DNA of 63,138 nucleotides, filler included, from Rhabdomonas costata (GCA_019059605.1; 31 parts of 31 records of this genome joined end to end with filler, not necessarily neighbours in it); one strand, 5' to 3'; shown: positions 23,209-36,472, counted from the first letter of the whole stretch. Notes: generated by a model not told the origin, from the letters alone. Numbers and translations: made by a program.

Positions 23209-25766
23209 CTGCGAGGCGAAAGGAGCCCCCACCTCTCCCTCCAGCCCTCGGCCAAAAGCAAAGGATAAGAAATAAATAATTAATAATAACCTTGTAAGAA
23301 TACTGTCAGGCACCGAAATCGGCTCGAATCCAATCTAGTCTAACGCGATGGTATCGATTAGGCGTAAGAGGGAAGGCAACTCTGGCCCCACCCCAACCCA
23401 GTCTTCCCCTGTAAAATATGGGGGCCAGCAGGTGCTTGGTTCGGGACACAAGCTCCCTTAAAGCTCCAGCAGTCACGAAACTTGAGGTGATGACCGTGAC
23501 AGTTTTCTCGAGGCATTCTTCTGTCGCCCCCTTCCATGCCTCTTCGTAACTGCACTGGTCACACACACACGCCAGGCATGTGCAGCCATTTCCCCCTCCT
23601 GAAGAAACGCCTCACGGCGTTGGTCACCGTTTAAAAATGCTCTCGCTGGGGAGGTTAACTCGTGCACCCCATTCAAATGGGAAGTTCCTGACGACCACCA
23701 AAATGTTGGTAGCTCGCAAAGTGAGATCAGCGCAAACAAAGCACCGACTCCCAAAACAGGACGGAGAGGGCAGAAACCGTATTCGAAGGACGAGCCGGAG
23801 GAAGAGCGCTGACGTAAAAAAAAAAAAAGAAGAAGAAGAACAGAAAATTAGGCATGTGCGCGCACCAAAAAAGCAAAAGGAAGGCCACTCCATATCCCGC
23901 CACCGCACAGGACAAAGCGGCAAAGGTGAAAACACGGCTGCACGCTGAAATGCTTGTAGGACAACAAAAAGCATAGTTAGACTCGCTCTATTTTTTTGTC
24001 CCAATCATCGCATTGTTCACAATTGTATGTGCCGCGTCAGGTCAAAAGCGAGAACTCAGACAAAGCCTAAAGGAAAAAGGACCCATTTGAAAGAGCGATA
24101 TTTGTTTCGCTTTATTATTATTTAACTTGAATGTGCAGCGAGTCAAAGTTCTAAGTTTTGAGGTGACACGGGCAATACAGTTAGTATACCAAGTTACCAC
24201 ACCAAGTGAGAGAATGAGAGCCTGAGATGCCTGACACCTATGCTATCCTCGCAGAGGAGTTTCCGAGGTGCACATTGGTTGTGAAGGAGTGAAGTGGACT
24301 GTCTGTCTTCCCCCATGAAATAAACAAATACATGCAGCGGAGTTGAGGGAGATGGGGGGGGGGTGGCGGAGGAAAACCACAAAACCNNNNNNNNNNNNNN
24401 NNNNNNNNNNNNNNNNNNNNNNNNNNNNNNTTAATTAATTAANNNNNNNNNNNNNNNNNNNNNNNNNNNNNNNNNNNNNNNNNNNNGTGGTGGGGGTGGG
24501 GCTCTTCTTTTCTTAGAGGCGCTGGCAGAACCGGACGCGTTGGCCTCTGTGCTGTACCACGCCGCTGCGGTACTGCGGACGGCGGCGACGTTTGTGCTGA
24601 GCTCCACTCTCACCGAGGCCGCCACGAAGGCCAACCGCACCCCTCTGAGGGCCCTGGCGAGTCGCCTGCTGCGGGACCTTTCTGGTGTGTCGCGCCGCAC
24701 AGCCCCGCCACTCTTGTAAAGCAATACCCGCAAGCTTGCACAGGGATGTCGCTTGCTGCAGCTGGGATCGGCGTTGCTGCTGGATTTTTGGGTGGGGGTG
24801 AGGAAGGCGTTTTTTTCCATACTCCACTTGATGCGATGAACACACTACATCTCTTGGAGGATTCAACGTGACAATTATTCTCTGGTAACCTGCGTATTGC
24901 CACATTGCGGTTTTTCTTCCTTTCGCCATACGAGATGGCAAGTCCTCTTTGTTTCACCTTTTTGTGTCTTGTAGAGGATGGCACTGGTTCGTCGGCATCC
25001 TCGTTGGAGCTCATGGTACGCGTGAGGATGTGTGGAGAGAGTGTGTGAGTGCGAGTGAGTGTGAGAGGAGTGGACGTTCCCTCTTCCTCGGGTGTGCAGT
25101 TGTTTATCGTTGTAATAGTTTCGAAGTTGCCACGACGTGGCTCGAGCCAACGGTCGCCTAAAACACGGGCCAGTGTTGCAACCTGTAGGTATATCCACTC
25201 TCTTAAGAACGCCACCAAGGAATCGCCGCTCCTGGCCTGCTTGCCTCCCGCTGTGTGGTTTCTCATCTGCGAGAATGAGTTGTTGAATAGGGCGACATTT
25301 CAGGTGCCATGCAGGTCATTGAATACGTGAGGGGAAGAGTTCAACGCATCCTAACAGTGAGGACAAATGCGGGAGGCGAAATGGAAACAGCTGATTTGGG
25401 AGCCAATCACCTTTAGGTATACCTTCAAGCAAACATAAGGGAAGCATATTTTGTGTTTAAAGGCAACAATGTGGTCAGTTTGACTCAAGACTTACGAGGC
25501 CCGAAGGAGATACTCAAGCCCCTCGCGTGGACGCGCTGAATTGCAACAAAGGAGTAATCGAAAGCATCCGCGCAACTGCCAGACTTTTTGAAAGTGTAGG
25601 GCCTCATGTTAGGAACTCAACGGCCGGATCTCATACTCCCCTCCTTCTAAATCCTCCTTCTAAACATTACAGCAAAGTTTCACTGCTGCTTTGGCCACCT
25701 TTGCCTCGGGTGTGCTATTTCCTTCTCTTTGCACACAGCCCTTGTCGTCGATCTTCTCTCCGGTAG

Positions 25767-25978
25767 CCCCCACGGAGCCATCCGAGATCCTTGCCCGGCG
25801 CTTCCTCCGTGCCGCCGACCCCACGGCAGTGCTGCGGAGGTTCCCGCTGCCCGACCTCTAGCGTGGGGTGGAGGGGGTGGCTGGGCCTGAGGCCTTCACC
25901 GCGGCCACTCAGGTGGGCCCCCGCGGAGTGCCTGAGATCGACCTGCAAGCGCTGCTGAGTTCCCTGGCACACCGGATG
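25767..25978 (+). pseudogene. Exon-like GC3-rich block interrupted by an in-frame TAG (25859-25861)
   Basis: gtag|..PTEPSEILARRFLRAADPTAVLRRFPLPDL*RGVEGVAGPEAFTAATQVGPRGVPEIDLQALLSSLAHRM|gtgcct. Confidence 0.35.
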
Positions 25979-26672
25979 GTGCCTCCCCAGCTCCACGTCC
26001 CCTTCCCCCTATCTTTTGCATCACCTACTTCTTGTTTCTTAGTTCACTCTTTTCAGAGCCGTGTTCTTTAATTTTTTTTTATGTCGATCCTTTCATGGAT
26101 GGAGGAAGCTTGCCCTTGACCACTTCTTAACCACGGGAAGTATTTCTGTAACAGCTCAATGAACAGCGTACCTGGGCAGGGGAGGGGTTTATTTAATGTC
26201 GCTAAGGAGTGACCATTGCAAACCAGGAAATTACAAACAACCATAGTATCATGGACAAAGCCGGCAAAACCTAAAATTGGAAGGGAAATCGGAGAACACC
26301 AGAACCGGGATTGAGAGGTGGGAGGATCGAGGGTGGCACCAGCATATGTGTGGTAACGCAAGAAGTGGTGGGGAGGCGAACATGTAACTTTTAGACAGGG
26401 AGTCGGATAAGAGTGAACAAAAAAACNNNNNNNNNNNNNNNNNNNNNNNNNNNNNNNNNNNNNNNNNNNNTTAATTAATTAANNNNNNNNNNNNNNNNNN
26501 NNNNNNNNNNNNNNNNNNNNNNNNNNGGTTTTTGGTCCGTTTGGGTCCGTTTGGGTCGCATGTCCTTTTTCTTTGCTTGGGGGCTTTAATTCAGGGTGCT
26601 CAGTTTTTGGGTTTCCTCCTCTTCAAAGAATTTTTTAGTCGATCTCCTTTTTCTCACTCGGTGGTAAAAGAA

Positions 26673-26801
26673 ATGATGCAATGCGCTAGTTGCCGGGGCC
26701 CACTGGACTCGGCCTCCCTGTCGCGGTGCATGGGGTGCCTGGATTACATGCACAGTGGGTGCGGGGTGGAGGGCCGCTGCAGGCGCTGTGCCGCCACTGT
26801 G
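26673..26801 (+). CDS. First exon with a compact C4HC3 (PHD-like) zinc finger; possible Ser/Pro-rich exon at ~27902-28038
   Basis: MMQCASC-x11-CMGC-x4-HSGC-x5-CRRC, then donor gtgtgc. Confidence 0.6.
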
Positions 26802-29603
26802 GTGTGCTTTTTTTTATAGTGGGGGGGGGGCTGTTCAAGTGGTCTCTGCAAACGATGGTTCGTTCCCAGAGTTCAGATGATCTCGTAGTTGGTAGTTGGG
26901 CCAATGTTTGGAAGAAGGCCATGACATCTCGAGAGCTTTGCATCCGCAGCAGACCACACCCCTATCTTGAGAAATGTCCCGACCAATTTCATTCGAGCTG
27001 GTGAATTGATTGCATTCGTGTTGTTGGACATTTAACTCCTCTTTAAAACATTTAACAGCTCTTTAAAAGCTCCTGTTGGTGTATTTGCTCTCACCCTTCT
27101 TCGGAAATGACCGTGGGTGCGTCACCGTTCCGTTTCGTTTTGGTAGGGCTCCCCTTCCGGCCCGGCCCAGCCCCTGCGGGTTCCCTTCGACTCGCGCAGC
27201 CCCACTGCAAGGGTGGTCGCTGTCCCCACGGATGCCCGCCCCGTCACTTCCGCCCCGGCATCGGTTTGTTTTGCCAGTTCTCTCAGCCGCGTCTTTTCAA
27301 TCTCGTGCAGCGGCATATGATATTGACTGCATGTGAGCGGGCTGGAATAAGAGCCGGGAACAGGAGTACCAAAATGACACCAAAGGCCTCCTTTTTTTAA
27401 ATCAGGTTTGGCCAAAATTTCTAAATGAAACATCGTAATTTAGTCGCCTTCTGCCTGCACTGGGGATGAAGGTATTGCTGAATTGCCAGTCGGTACGTGG
27501 TGCAATGCTCGGATTCTGGTCAATGCTTGCATGACAGCAATTGGCGAGCAGAAACGCCTTCAGGATGTTCCTTAAGGGTCATTTTGCACCATCACAATCC
27601 CCCTCTCTCGTGTATTCTTCCAGAGGTCCTGTGGTTGTGGTGGACCTCTTGTAGGAATGAGGGCTCCGAACACTTAAAAAAGTTGTCGAGGACAATCCAA
27701 AAGAAAAGCTGTGGCGAGGAACCCAAGCACTGCTTCTTGGCTCCGTTTATAGTGTTTAAAAGATGCAATGATTCCTTGAAAGATTCAATGAGCGTGGGAG
27801 CTAGAACAGTCCCTGGCCTCGGGCAAAGCCGTCTTCCGGCCCCTTTGTTGTGCTCTGCGGATGTATGCCACTGTCGGTGTGGGATTGTGGTCTGCACTCA
27901 GCCCCCCAGCGTTGGGTCCGCCTCTGCCTCCCCAGTCCAGCGAGTGGTCAGCCCCGCAGCCGCGGCTCCGTCTCCCGTCCGCGACTCCTCTCCTCGGTTT
28001 CACGTTGCGGGGTACACATCCCCTGCCACAGCGACCAGGCAGCGCCGCCCCCTTCCCCTTTTCATACTTAGTCGTCGTCTTCTTCTTCCATCCGCTGTGA
28101 ATGAAGAAGCATTTGTGAGTATCAGCGGAGAAAAGGAAAAAGAAGAGAGATATCTGAGCGAAGCAAAGATATACCTGGGCGCGAGCATCAGAGAATGCGC
28201 TGTCCACTAGCAGACGCAGCTGACACGCATTTCTCCGCTTTCAGTTTTTTTCTGAAGGCCACCTCACATTTGATTTGTGGGGCAACAGAAAACGAAAAAG
28301 CATGCTACCAAAAAGGAGTATTTGCGAAGAGTCGCAGATGCAGCGGTTTTGTGCAACTTTTTTATGATACAAACCAAGTAAACGATCACATACAGAAGTC
28401 CCTGTGGGTACCCCTTAGGGACTTCTGTATGTGATCGTTTACTTGGTTTGTATCATAAAAAACNNNNNNNNNNNNNNNNNNNNNNNNNNNNNNNNNNNNN
28501 NNNNNNNTTAATTAATTAANNNNNNNNNNNNNNNNNNNNNNNNNNNNNNNNNNNNNNNNNNNNGTTGTTTTGGCTGATTTGTGAACCCCCTACCCCACCT
28601 ACACATCCAACCCCGAAAAATCAAGTGATAACCAAAAGAGCAGTGTAGGTGGGGTAGGGGGTTCACAAATCAGCCATTGCAAAAATAGCACGCCCAAGGA
28701 CAAATCAAACGAAAGCGGGAAACAGAAGACCCACGCGGGAGAAAGGCAAGGGCAACGGAAGCCAAAAAAGAGGTGGGGAATCGAAAGAAAGATGGTAAAG
28801 GGAAATTATCGTGGCAACCCCACAGGGAAGGCAAGAAAACGTACCACAAAGCGAGTCTCTGGGACTCCACGAGTTCTCCTCACTCGTCCAGGTTTGGGAG
28901 TGGCCTTGCACTGTTGGTTGAGAAACGCGCACGCAAAGCAAATAAAGGCCATCACCGTCGGAGGAGGTAGAAAAAGCAAAACAAAAATGCAACCATGCTG
29001 CATCCTTTAAGTTACCACAACCTGACGGAGGAATGTCCCGCACAAACAATTGTTAAGGCAGTCGTCCGTCATACGAGGGGAGTCTAATCCGGATCACCTG
29101 CCACCCTAAGCGGTCGCCATAAGGCAGTTTCATCATCAGACTGCATCTTGTCTTGGAGGGTTAAAAGAACACACCAACGATTGGAACACTAAGTAAATAA
29201 CTCACTCCACATCCATCCATCTCCATCCATCCAAGTCATGCTCGAGTGAAAGGCAAGGTCTCAACCAGGTGCCGAAAAAGTGGGGAAAAAAATGCAAATT
29301 TATCCGCGTTATCCGAGTTATTAATATTCCCCACACAGACGGACGGGAAACAACTTTGGTGCCGCAAAACGAAACTGGGCCCTCACCACAACACACTGAC
29401 TGTCCAGCGTGAAGGGTCTTCTAAATGACACAGCCCCACAAAAGAAAAATGAGGCAGGTAGGAAAACTGGGCGCTTCATCCCAACTGCACTTTACGTTAG
29501 CAATTTTCAGCCAACTCCATCTGACTCCATCTATCTCCAACTAACCAGATTTCTGAGCCATCCGACCACGTCCCAACCTTTGTTTGGGGTGGAGGGGGCT
29601 CAC

Positions 29604-29879
29604 CTGGCACTTGGGACCCTCGCCAACGCCCTCGAACCACATGAACACGGGGTTCAAGCTGACGTGGACTCGGAACAGTCCAAGCCGAACCACCGTGGGG
29701 GCGGGCCTCTGCGTGGGGCTATCGGCGCCCAGCAGGGACGGCGGAGGAGAGGTTGGCGCAAGCAGGGAGAACCCCGCGTTGCGGCTGTAGGTATCCCTCA
29801 AGGCGCGGGCGCGGCCCAGGAGCTGTGACAGGAGCAGCGCCGCGGCCTGGTCGCTAACCACCTCGGCCAGAGACAGACC
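29604..29879 (-). CDS. Hypothetical protein, 276-nt internal exon
   Basis: gtag|GLSLAEVVSDQAAALLLSQLLGRARALRDTY..GEGPKCQ|gtgagc; phase 0-0; GC3-rich. Confidence 0.5.
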
Positions 29880-30632
29880 CTACCGAGGGACAGAAAGGCA
29901 AAAAGCAGTAAGTAGAAGATTCGTTGCCAGGAGGAAAAGGCCTTGGAAATGGCGCCAAATAGCAGATGAGATCTACTCTAATATCAGCTTTAAAGTGAAG
30001 CGGCCATTTCCCGTTGTACGCATAGATTTGCAGGCCAACCAACCCGACCCGACTCAAACCGACTCATCTCAGAAGTACCACCCCACCACGAAATATGAGC
30101 CCCCTAAACAGCACCACTCTAGCCCGGTTCTATGGTCGGAACTATACTACCCAGCCAACAGGCTGGTTTCTGGGACCGGAATGACTGGTCCCCAGTTCCG
30201 ATGAGGGCACCCGCAACTGGTGAGGGATTGGAGGATGTAGATATTTCACCTATGGCAGGACCTGGAACAGCGATAAGAGGTAGAGCTGTGTAAGTATCCC
30301 AGAAACTCCCGCATTGACTTTTCACACACCGACAGTTGCCGGGGAAGTCTTTTCAGCGAACGATGACGCAAACTCACAACCTCACTTTGGCAAAAGCGTT
30401 GACATCCAACTAAAGCATTCATTAAGTCAAAATGTAATACGGGCAGATAAAAAAGTATCCCCCCTGCAAAAAGTACCCCCCCTCTAAAAGTATACCCAAA
30501 ACCNNNNNNNNNNNNNNNNNNNNNNNNNNNNNNNNNNNNNNNNNNNNTTAATTAATTAANNNNNNNNNNNNNNNNNNNNNNNNNNNNNNNNNNNNNNNNN
30601 NNNGCTTGCCGTGTACACCGTAAATAATTCAG

Positions 30633-30774
30633 CACGAAGTACGAGCGCAAGATGCGCTCGGAGCTGAAGAAGGACGAGAAGGGCGACCGCGAGGCGATCA
30701 TCAACGAGGAGACTACGGAGTGGCTGGCGATCGGCAACTACCACAGGGACGACCAGTCCATGTCCCAGCAAAAG
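30633..30774 (+). CDS. Exon of unknown protein; link to the downstream histidine kinase exon not established
   Basis: ttcag|..TKYERKMRSELKKDEKGDREAIINEETTEWLAIGNYHRDDQSMSQQK|gt; very high GC3. Confidence 0.5.
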
Positions 30775-31186
30775 GTCCTAACCGCTTCCTCTCATCTCCT
30801 TCTCTCAGATCTTGCTCACCTTCATGTTGGGTAGATTATCGGCGTACACCGTTTATTAAAAGGCATGGGTTAAATGTGAGGCTTTTCTTTGACGGCCTAT
30901 CGAACGAATCGATTGCCTCGATTGCCGTCCATGTTCCATGGCACAGGCCGCTGCCTGAGGGGAAGCGGAGGCCCCTTCTGCTACTGCAAATGTAAGCCCC
31001 ACTCCAGCACAAAGGTCTTGCAAAGTTGGCACAGAGAGTGACTTGGCAGAATATTTTTTTGAAAAAAAACTGGTGAACGTTTTGGTAACGATTCTTTGCA
31101 TTTGACCGTTTGCTCCTCCTCATAGCCTATGGAATCGGCGAGAGCACGTTGGCTTCCTCGCTCTATGCACCCGTTTTTTTTCGCAG

Positions 31187-31852
31187 GGTTGTACATTTCG
31201 AAGAAAATTGTCGGGCTTCTTGGCGGCAGTCTGTGCGTCCGCAGTGATGGTCTCAACAAGGGCTGCGCTTTCCACTTCAGCCTGCCGCACCAATCCCCAT
31301 CGCTGTCCCCTTGTCCTCCCCTTCCTCCCGGAACCACTTCGGCCGAAACCTTGGAAGCAGCCTCATCTTCCTCTGCCCAAGAGGCTGCTGTGGAAGATTG
31401 CCACGCACCCTCGCAAAGTCCTGTGTTGCTTGTCGTTGACCCCAAGCCGGAGCGACGTGAGGCAGTTCTGGAGCTACTTGCGTTCCTGGGGATCCCTTCA
31501 CATGCCTCAGACTCCTTCGAAGCCCTGCCTCCCTCCCTGCCTCCTTCACCAGGGGGCCAGCACCAGGAGCAAGTTGTACTCATTCATTTGGAGGAGACCA
31601 TGGGGCCCGTGTCGAGCGTGGTAAATGGTGTCGCCCACAATGGGAGTGGGGAGCACGACCCCAGGCGGAAGGTCATCGTTGTGACAGCAACCAAGAGCTT
31701 TGTCAGTGGGAACCCAACGGAGGGCTATGCATGCCTTTCGAAGCCATTGACGGAGGTGAAGTTACTGCGAGCTCTGGCACAGCTCTGCGCAGGCAATGTC
31801 TGCTGTCTTTTGTGTGCTCCACAGCGTTCATGTCGTCGTTTAGATCTGACAG
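31187..31852 (+). CDS. Hybrid histidine kinase exon: end of HATPase_c plus degenerate receiver domain
   Basis: GLYISKKIVGLLGGSLCVRSDGLNKGCAFHFSLP (G2 box end), then VLLVVD..VVLIHL..KVIVVT..CLSKPLTEVKLLRAL (receiver pattern with KP). 3' donor is either GC 31793 or GT 31853. Confidence 0.85.
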
Positions 31853-33255
31853 GTAAAGATTCCACTGGTTTTTGATTGAACACGCATTAAAATTTGCAAC
31901 AAATACAGTAGTTTAAGTCTGGGTTTCTCGCTGCTGTTTGGGAAATAGGGAATTCTTGAGGGAATGCGTTTGTGATGCGAGATGACGTTGTCCGATGTGC
32001 AGATGAGATGCGGGGAATGGGTTTTTAGGCCTTAAACCATGGTTTTTCTCTGTTCTTTGCGATTGAAAACAGTCTTTTAATTTTCCAAAAAAAAGTTATT
32101 CCAGAGCACAAAAGTGTTCATGGCCCGCGAGAAAACCAATGCAATAGGTTTTTTTTACAACAAAAGAAGACGAGAGGCCACTAAGTTAGAGGGGCAGAAG
32201 ATTGAGTAGAGGGCGAGTGATGCGGAGGTCAGACAGAATTTTGATTTTTTGGTGAATGTGCATTGCGATGTATAAGGTAATGAAATCCGGCGCTCCAAAT
32301 GAAGATACACCCCTCCCCTGCCCTGGCACACGATGAAGGAATCACTACATTTAATGAAACGCAAGAGAATGAATCCTGTCCAGCTGAAATGGTGCCCTGA
32401 CCTCGCGCGCATATCGCCTTTTCGCGTGCATCACTCACCAACCCCCTGCCAGACCAAATAATCCCACCTAGGGGCACGTGCACCGCTTCGTAAGCCCCCG
32501 CGAGCCCAAAAATTTCTCTTTACCCATACCCAACCCCCCCACNNNNNNNNNNNNNNNNNNNNNNNNNNNNNNNNNNNNNNNNNNNNTTAATTAATTAANN
32601 NNNNNNNNNNNNNNNNNNNNNNNNNNNNNNNNNNNNNNNNNNGTGGTGGGGGGGGAGATGACTGGCCCCCTGGCGGCTGAGCGGTTCCCGTTTGTTGTGC
32701 AGGTGCTGTTCTGTAAGGGAGCGGGCATGGCCGGACTTGGTTAATGATGAATGGTTGTAGCCTTGCTGTCAGGAAGTCATAAAAAAACTGGTTGCAAACT
32801 GATTTCCTTCTAGTTTTATGAGAACCTTGTGCTTACTTTTTTCTCCCCCCCCCTCACTCTTTACCTATATTTTACGTTTCGTTGCAATCTCTTTTGCGGT
32901 CTTGAGATCGCTGCATAACCCCAAGCCGCCGACAGGTTTACTCTCTGTGACACATTGAATGGGGAACGGTTTGTTTTCGCCTGTAATAGCGACATGCAAC
33001 GCCGTGGTGTGGCATTGAAGACGAAAAAAGGTTGAAAAAAAAAGGCAATTTCAGTTCAAACATGGTATTTTAGTATTATGGAGATAGTTTGCTTTATCAA
33101 TTCGGGTTTGGGTAAATCTACTCGGTTTCCTTGGTCGCACTGTTGCAGGGAAATACCGGCGAAGCGCGTTTCTATCAAATACATACGTAGATTGAGAACC
33201 TGAAACAGATTGGAATGCTATGCTTGCAGCACTTTCAGCCTTTCCCCTCCCACAG

Positions 33256-34156
33256 TGTGGTCTTCCTCACGGGCTCTTCATTGAGAGCTGTGAGCCGGAC
33301 GTGGTCCGGGTTCGGCCCAAGGTCTCCAACGATGACCCCTTCCGCAAGCTGGTGGGCACCCTCATCGTTGCAGTGGTTTGTGCTTGTGTGGCTGCCTGTG
33401 GACCTGCATGCCATGAGCGTGCTTCCTAATTCATGTCGTGGCATGTTCAAGGACACTAAAAACGGTTTTGATGCCACACATTTGCAGCAAGCACTGGTTG
33501 TGAAGAGACACCACTCATTAAGTGCAAGCAACACCGTTTTCCATGATGGAATTGAGCAACCCCCCCCCCATTTATCAATGTTGGTTGGCAAAGCCGTTAT
33601 ACCCAACATTGATAAGGTGTGGGATGGGTCTAAAAATTCAAAGTATTGTGGAAAACGGTGCAAGTTGTTAAGCACGCGATCCCGAAAAAAACCATTTCGA
33701 TGCCAAACTGCTTTCCGAGCTACCGTGTTTTTATCGGATCTCTTCCCAGATCTTCAGTCGGCCTGCGAACACTTACCAGTCTTCGGGGGGTCTCATCCGG
33801 AAAAGGGGTGTGGGTGTGGGGTGAGGAGAAACAACTCAAGTCGGCTGAAACACCACCCTTTTCGCTCGGTGACACACCGATGATCACTCCGGGACCAGAC
33901 CAGACCAGAGGAACACCTCAAAACTCGAGCCAGAGTGACAGGTTGGGGCTCACAACAGTAGTGAGATGGGTGGGCTGGCCGCGTCTGATCCTCGGGCCCA
34001 ATTTTTGGGTTCGCCCTCTGTTTCCTTGGGAAACACTTAATATTGTCCCTGAAGAAATGATTACGAGCCGGGGTGCACAAAAGTCGGTGCGTGGGGGGTG
34101 CACAGGTGGATGAGTTTCGCAACGTGGTCGACCTTCACACTCCGTGCCTGGTCAAG
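33256..34156 (+). CDS. Hypothetical protein (Ig-like VxVVDEFxN pattern); exons 33256-33375, 34106-34156
   Basis: Phase-0 GT-AG join ..KLVGTLIVAV|VDEFRNVVDLHTPCLVK. Confidence 0.5.
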
Positions 34157-35199
34157 GTTCGCTCCCGATGGGATTCTGCCTGCGGCTTCCCCCCCCCTCC
34201 CTCCTTTCCCACTTGCGCACCTCAGCATTGGTGCGTGAAAACGTCATACACTATCGATGGACAGTCTCAACTTGTTTTCGTGCTCTCTGTATATGACTAT
34301 GTATGTGACTGTGTGTATGGGACTGTGGGTGGCTGCATTTTTGTTCGACTATTTTATTAACACATAACCAATGCCTTTTGATTTCCCAGTTCCTGCAAAT
34401 CGGTCTCGCTCCCTTGTGCCTTTCCCGTTTGTTAATTACTCCGTTTGTCTCGAACTGCTCTCTGAACTGCTCTCTTTATTCCCCATGTAACTTTTTTTGT
34501 TGCCAATTAACGAGCGGTTTTTGGGCGTACGACTGCAACCACCCGCTCAGGCTTTGTTGCAGCACACGGGCAGCCAGCACANNNNNNNNNNNNNNNNNNN
34601 NNNNNNNNNNNNNNNNNNNNNNNNNTTAATTAATTAANNNNNNNNNNNNNNNNNNNNNNNNNNNNNNNNNNNNNNNNNNNNTGTGGTGATGAGCCTAAAC
34701 TAAAGCAGTTCTTTCATTACATACAGTGATCATTATGCAGTTATGCAGTTATGCCAGATAAACATACCCGCGGTGAAAAGCTTGGTAACCTTACACCCCA
34801 CCTGCCAAGCTTTTCACCGCGGGTATGTTTATCTGGCATAACTGCATAACTGCATAATGATCACTGTATGTAATGAAAGAACTGCTTTAGTTTAGGCTCA
34901 TCTCCACACAAAGCCTCATTATAAAAAACATACCTAAAAAGAGGAACGAAGAAGGATGCATCGCTACCTAACCCCAGGAAAGGTGCTGCATGTGCAAATT
35001 GTCCTAACCCCCCGAGATCAATGTTCTCACCTGTGGCCCGTCGTTTACAGTTGTGCCATCTATTTGGGTTTGTCCTTGCCCTCGTTGAGCATTGTTACCA
35101 TTGTTACCTGCTCAAGAGCCAAAACGGCATTCATCCCAAAAAAATGAGAGGGCCCGAGAATTTGTCAGAATTCCGTTGTTATCCGTCCGCCCTTTTTAG

Positions 35200-36472
35200 G
35201 CTTTGGATGCTCCTCTGACCCTTCCCGAAGCCCGACCCCGTGTCCCCGGGGAACGATCTCCGGGCCGGGGGGAGGCACCTGTCTGCCGTGCTCCCAGCTG
35301 AACTCCACCAGCTGTGCGGTGTGCCCGGCGGGGCACCAGTGCGCGGACCCCAGCGTCGCCCCAGTGGCCTGCGGGTCGGGGTTCTATTCCGCAGGAGGGA
35401 ATTGGAGCTGCACTCCTTGCCCAGCAGGTGGGTCATCACGCACTCATGCACAAATATGCAAATTGTGTGATGTTAGCAGACTTTGCCCCAAAACGTGGCA
35501 TCACGTGCATCACATGCATCCATGCGTGGGCCTGGAAAATCCCTGGAGTGGTGATCTGTTGATACACCACATTTAAACGTTGAGATCTTTCTCTTGTGTG
35601 CCCCTTTTCTTTTTCTCATGAAGTAGTGATGTGTGATAAAGGGGATGCGGCCCTTTGAAAGGCAAGAAGTGGGGCATTCCAAAATGTACATTGTCACTGC
35701 ATTCAATTTGCTCCAGGAACTTGCGTCGCCCTCCAAGTCTTCTGAAATACGCCACTTCTTCCGTTTCCACTGACCACGGAGCAATGAGACACCCGCTATG
35801 GAGGAAGTTAGAACCACAAACCTTCTCTTTCTCTCTCTTTCACACTCTGTGGTCTCATGGTTTCAGTACCCATCGTCGACATGTAGCGTGCCTGTGGCGT
35901 GCAGCCTGGACAGCTACATCTTGGGCGGCGTTGCGGCGTTCGCGCTGTGCCCGGCCAACCACTGGTGCCTCACCACAGCCGGCCTGCTCATTGCTTGCAA
36001 CCTCGCCATCGGGGAGTTCAGCTTTCCAGGACATGTCGTCACACACACACACGAACAACGGGCTCAGATTCTATCAGTGACTGGACGGAAGCCCACAGAA
36101 GCACTCCCGAAGTGTGCTGTCTTTTCGGGGTTTTTTGTACAAGCATTTTCAGGTAGGGAGGTCATCCATAACGCTCTCGGGGGCAAAATTTATTAGAAAA
36201 CCATTGACCTGTTTGTTCTTCTTTGTCTTTGTTCTCTTTTTGTCCAACTGAATAAGAAGCAACGGGCAGAACCCAAGGCCACGTTCTTATTTTCTACTTG
36301 TCTTTCGGTCCCCTACACACGTTTTTTCTGCCTCGCAGACCTACTGTTCTCTGTGCCCCGCGGGCAAGAGCTGTGCCATCTCTGGCGACAACTCCTCGTC
36401 CGCATACGTGGTGATCCGTCCGTGCGCCAGTGGGGAGTACAGCCTCTCTGGCAGTGCGGGGTGCTACGCCTG
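35200..36472 (+). CDS. Cys-rich GCC2/GCC3 (ephrin-receptor-like) repeat surface protein; exons 35200-35427, 35859-36034, 36339-36472
   Basis: Repeated CPAG..C..P..C..G.YS..G...C units (CPRGTIS, CPAGHQC, CGSGFYS, CPANHWC, CPAGKSC, CASGEYS). The second exon has an aberrant acceptor. Confidence 0.8.

Noticed and set aside
28358-28676. Hairpins 28358-28403/28417-28462 and 28571-28604/28643-28676
   Set aside because: Both abut linkers on different contigs; fold-back artefacts.
29118-29150. Minus-strand CTGATGA-T-GAAAC hammerhead-like core; also CTGACGA..GAAA near 57190
   Set aside because: No stems II/III or cleavage triplet can be formed.
34682-34908. 104-bp near-perfect inverted repeat (34682-34785 / 34805-34908), MITE- or miRNA-like
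   Set aside because: One arm ends exactly at the contig terminus with a primer-type mismatch, so it is a WGA fold-back chimera.
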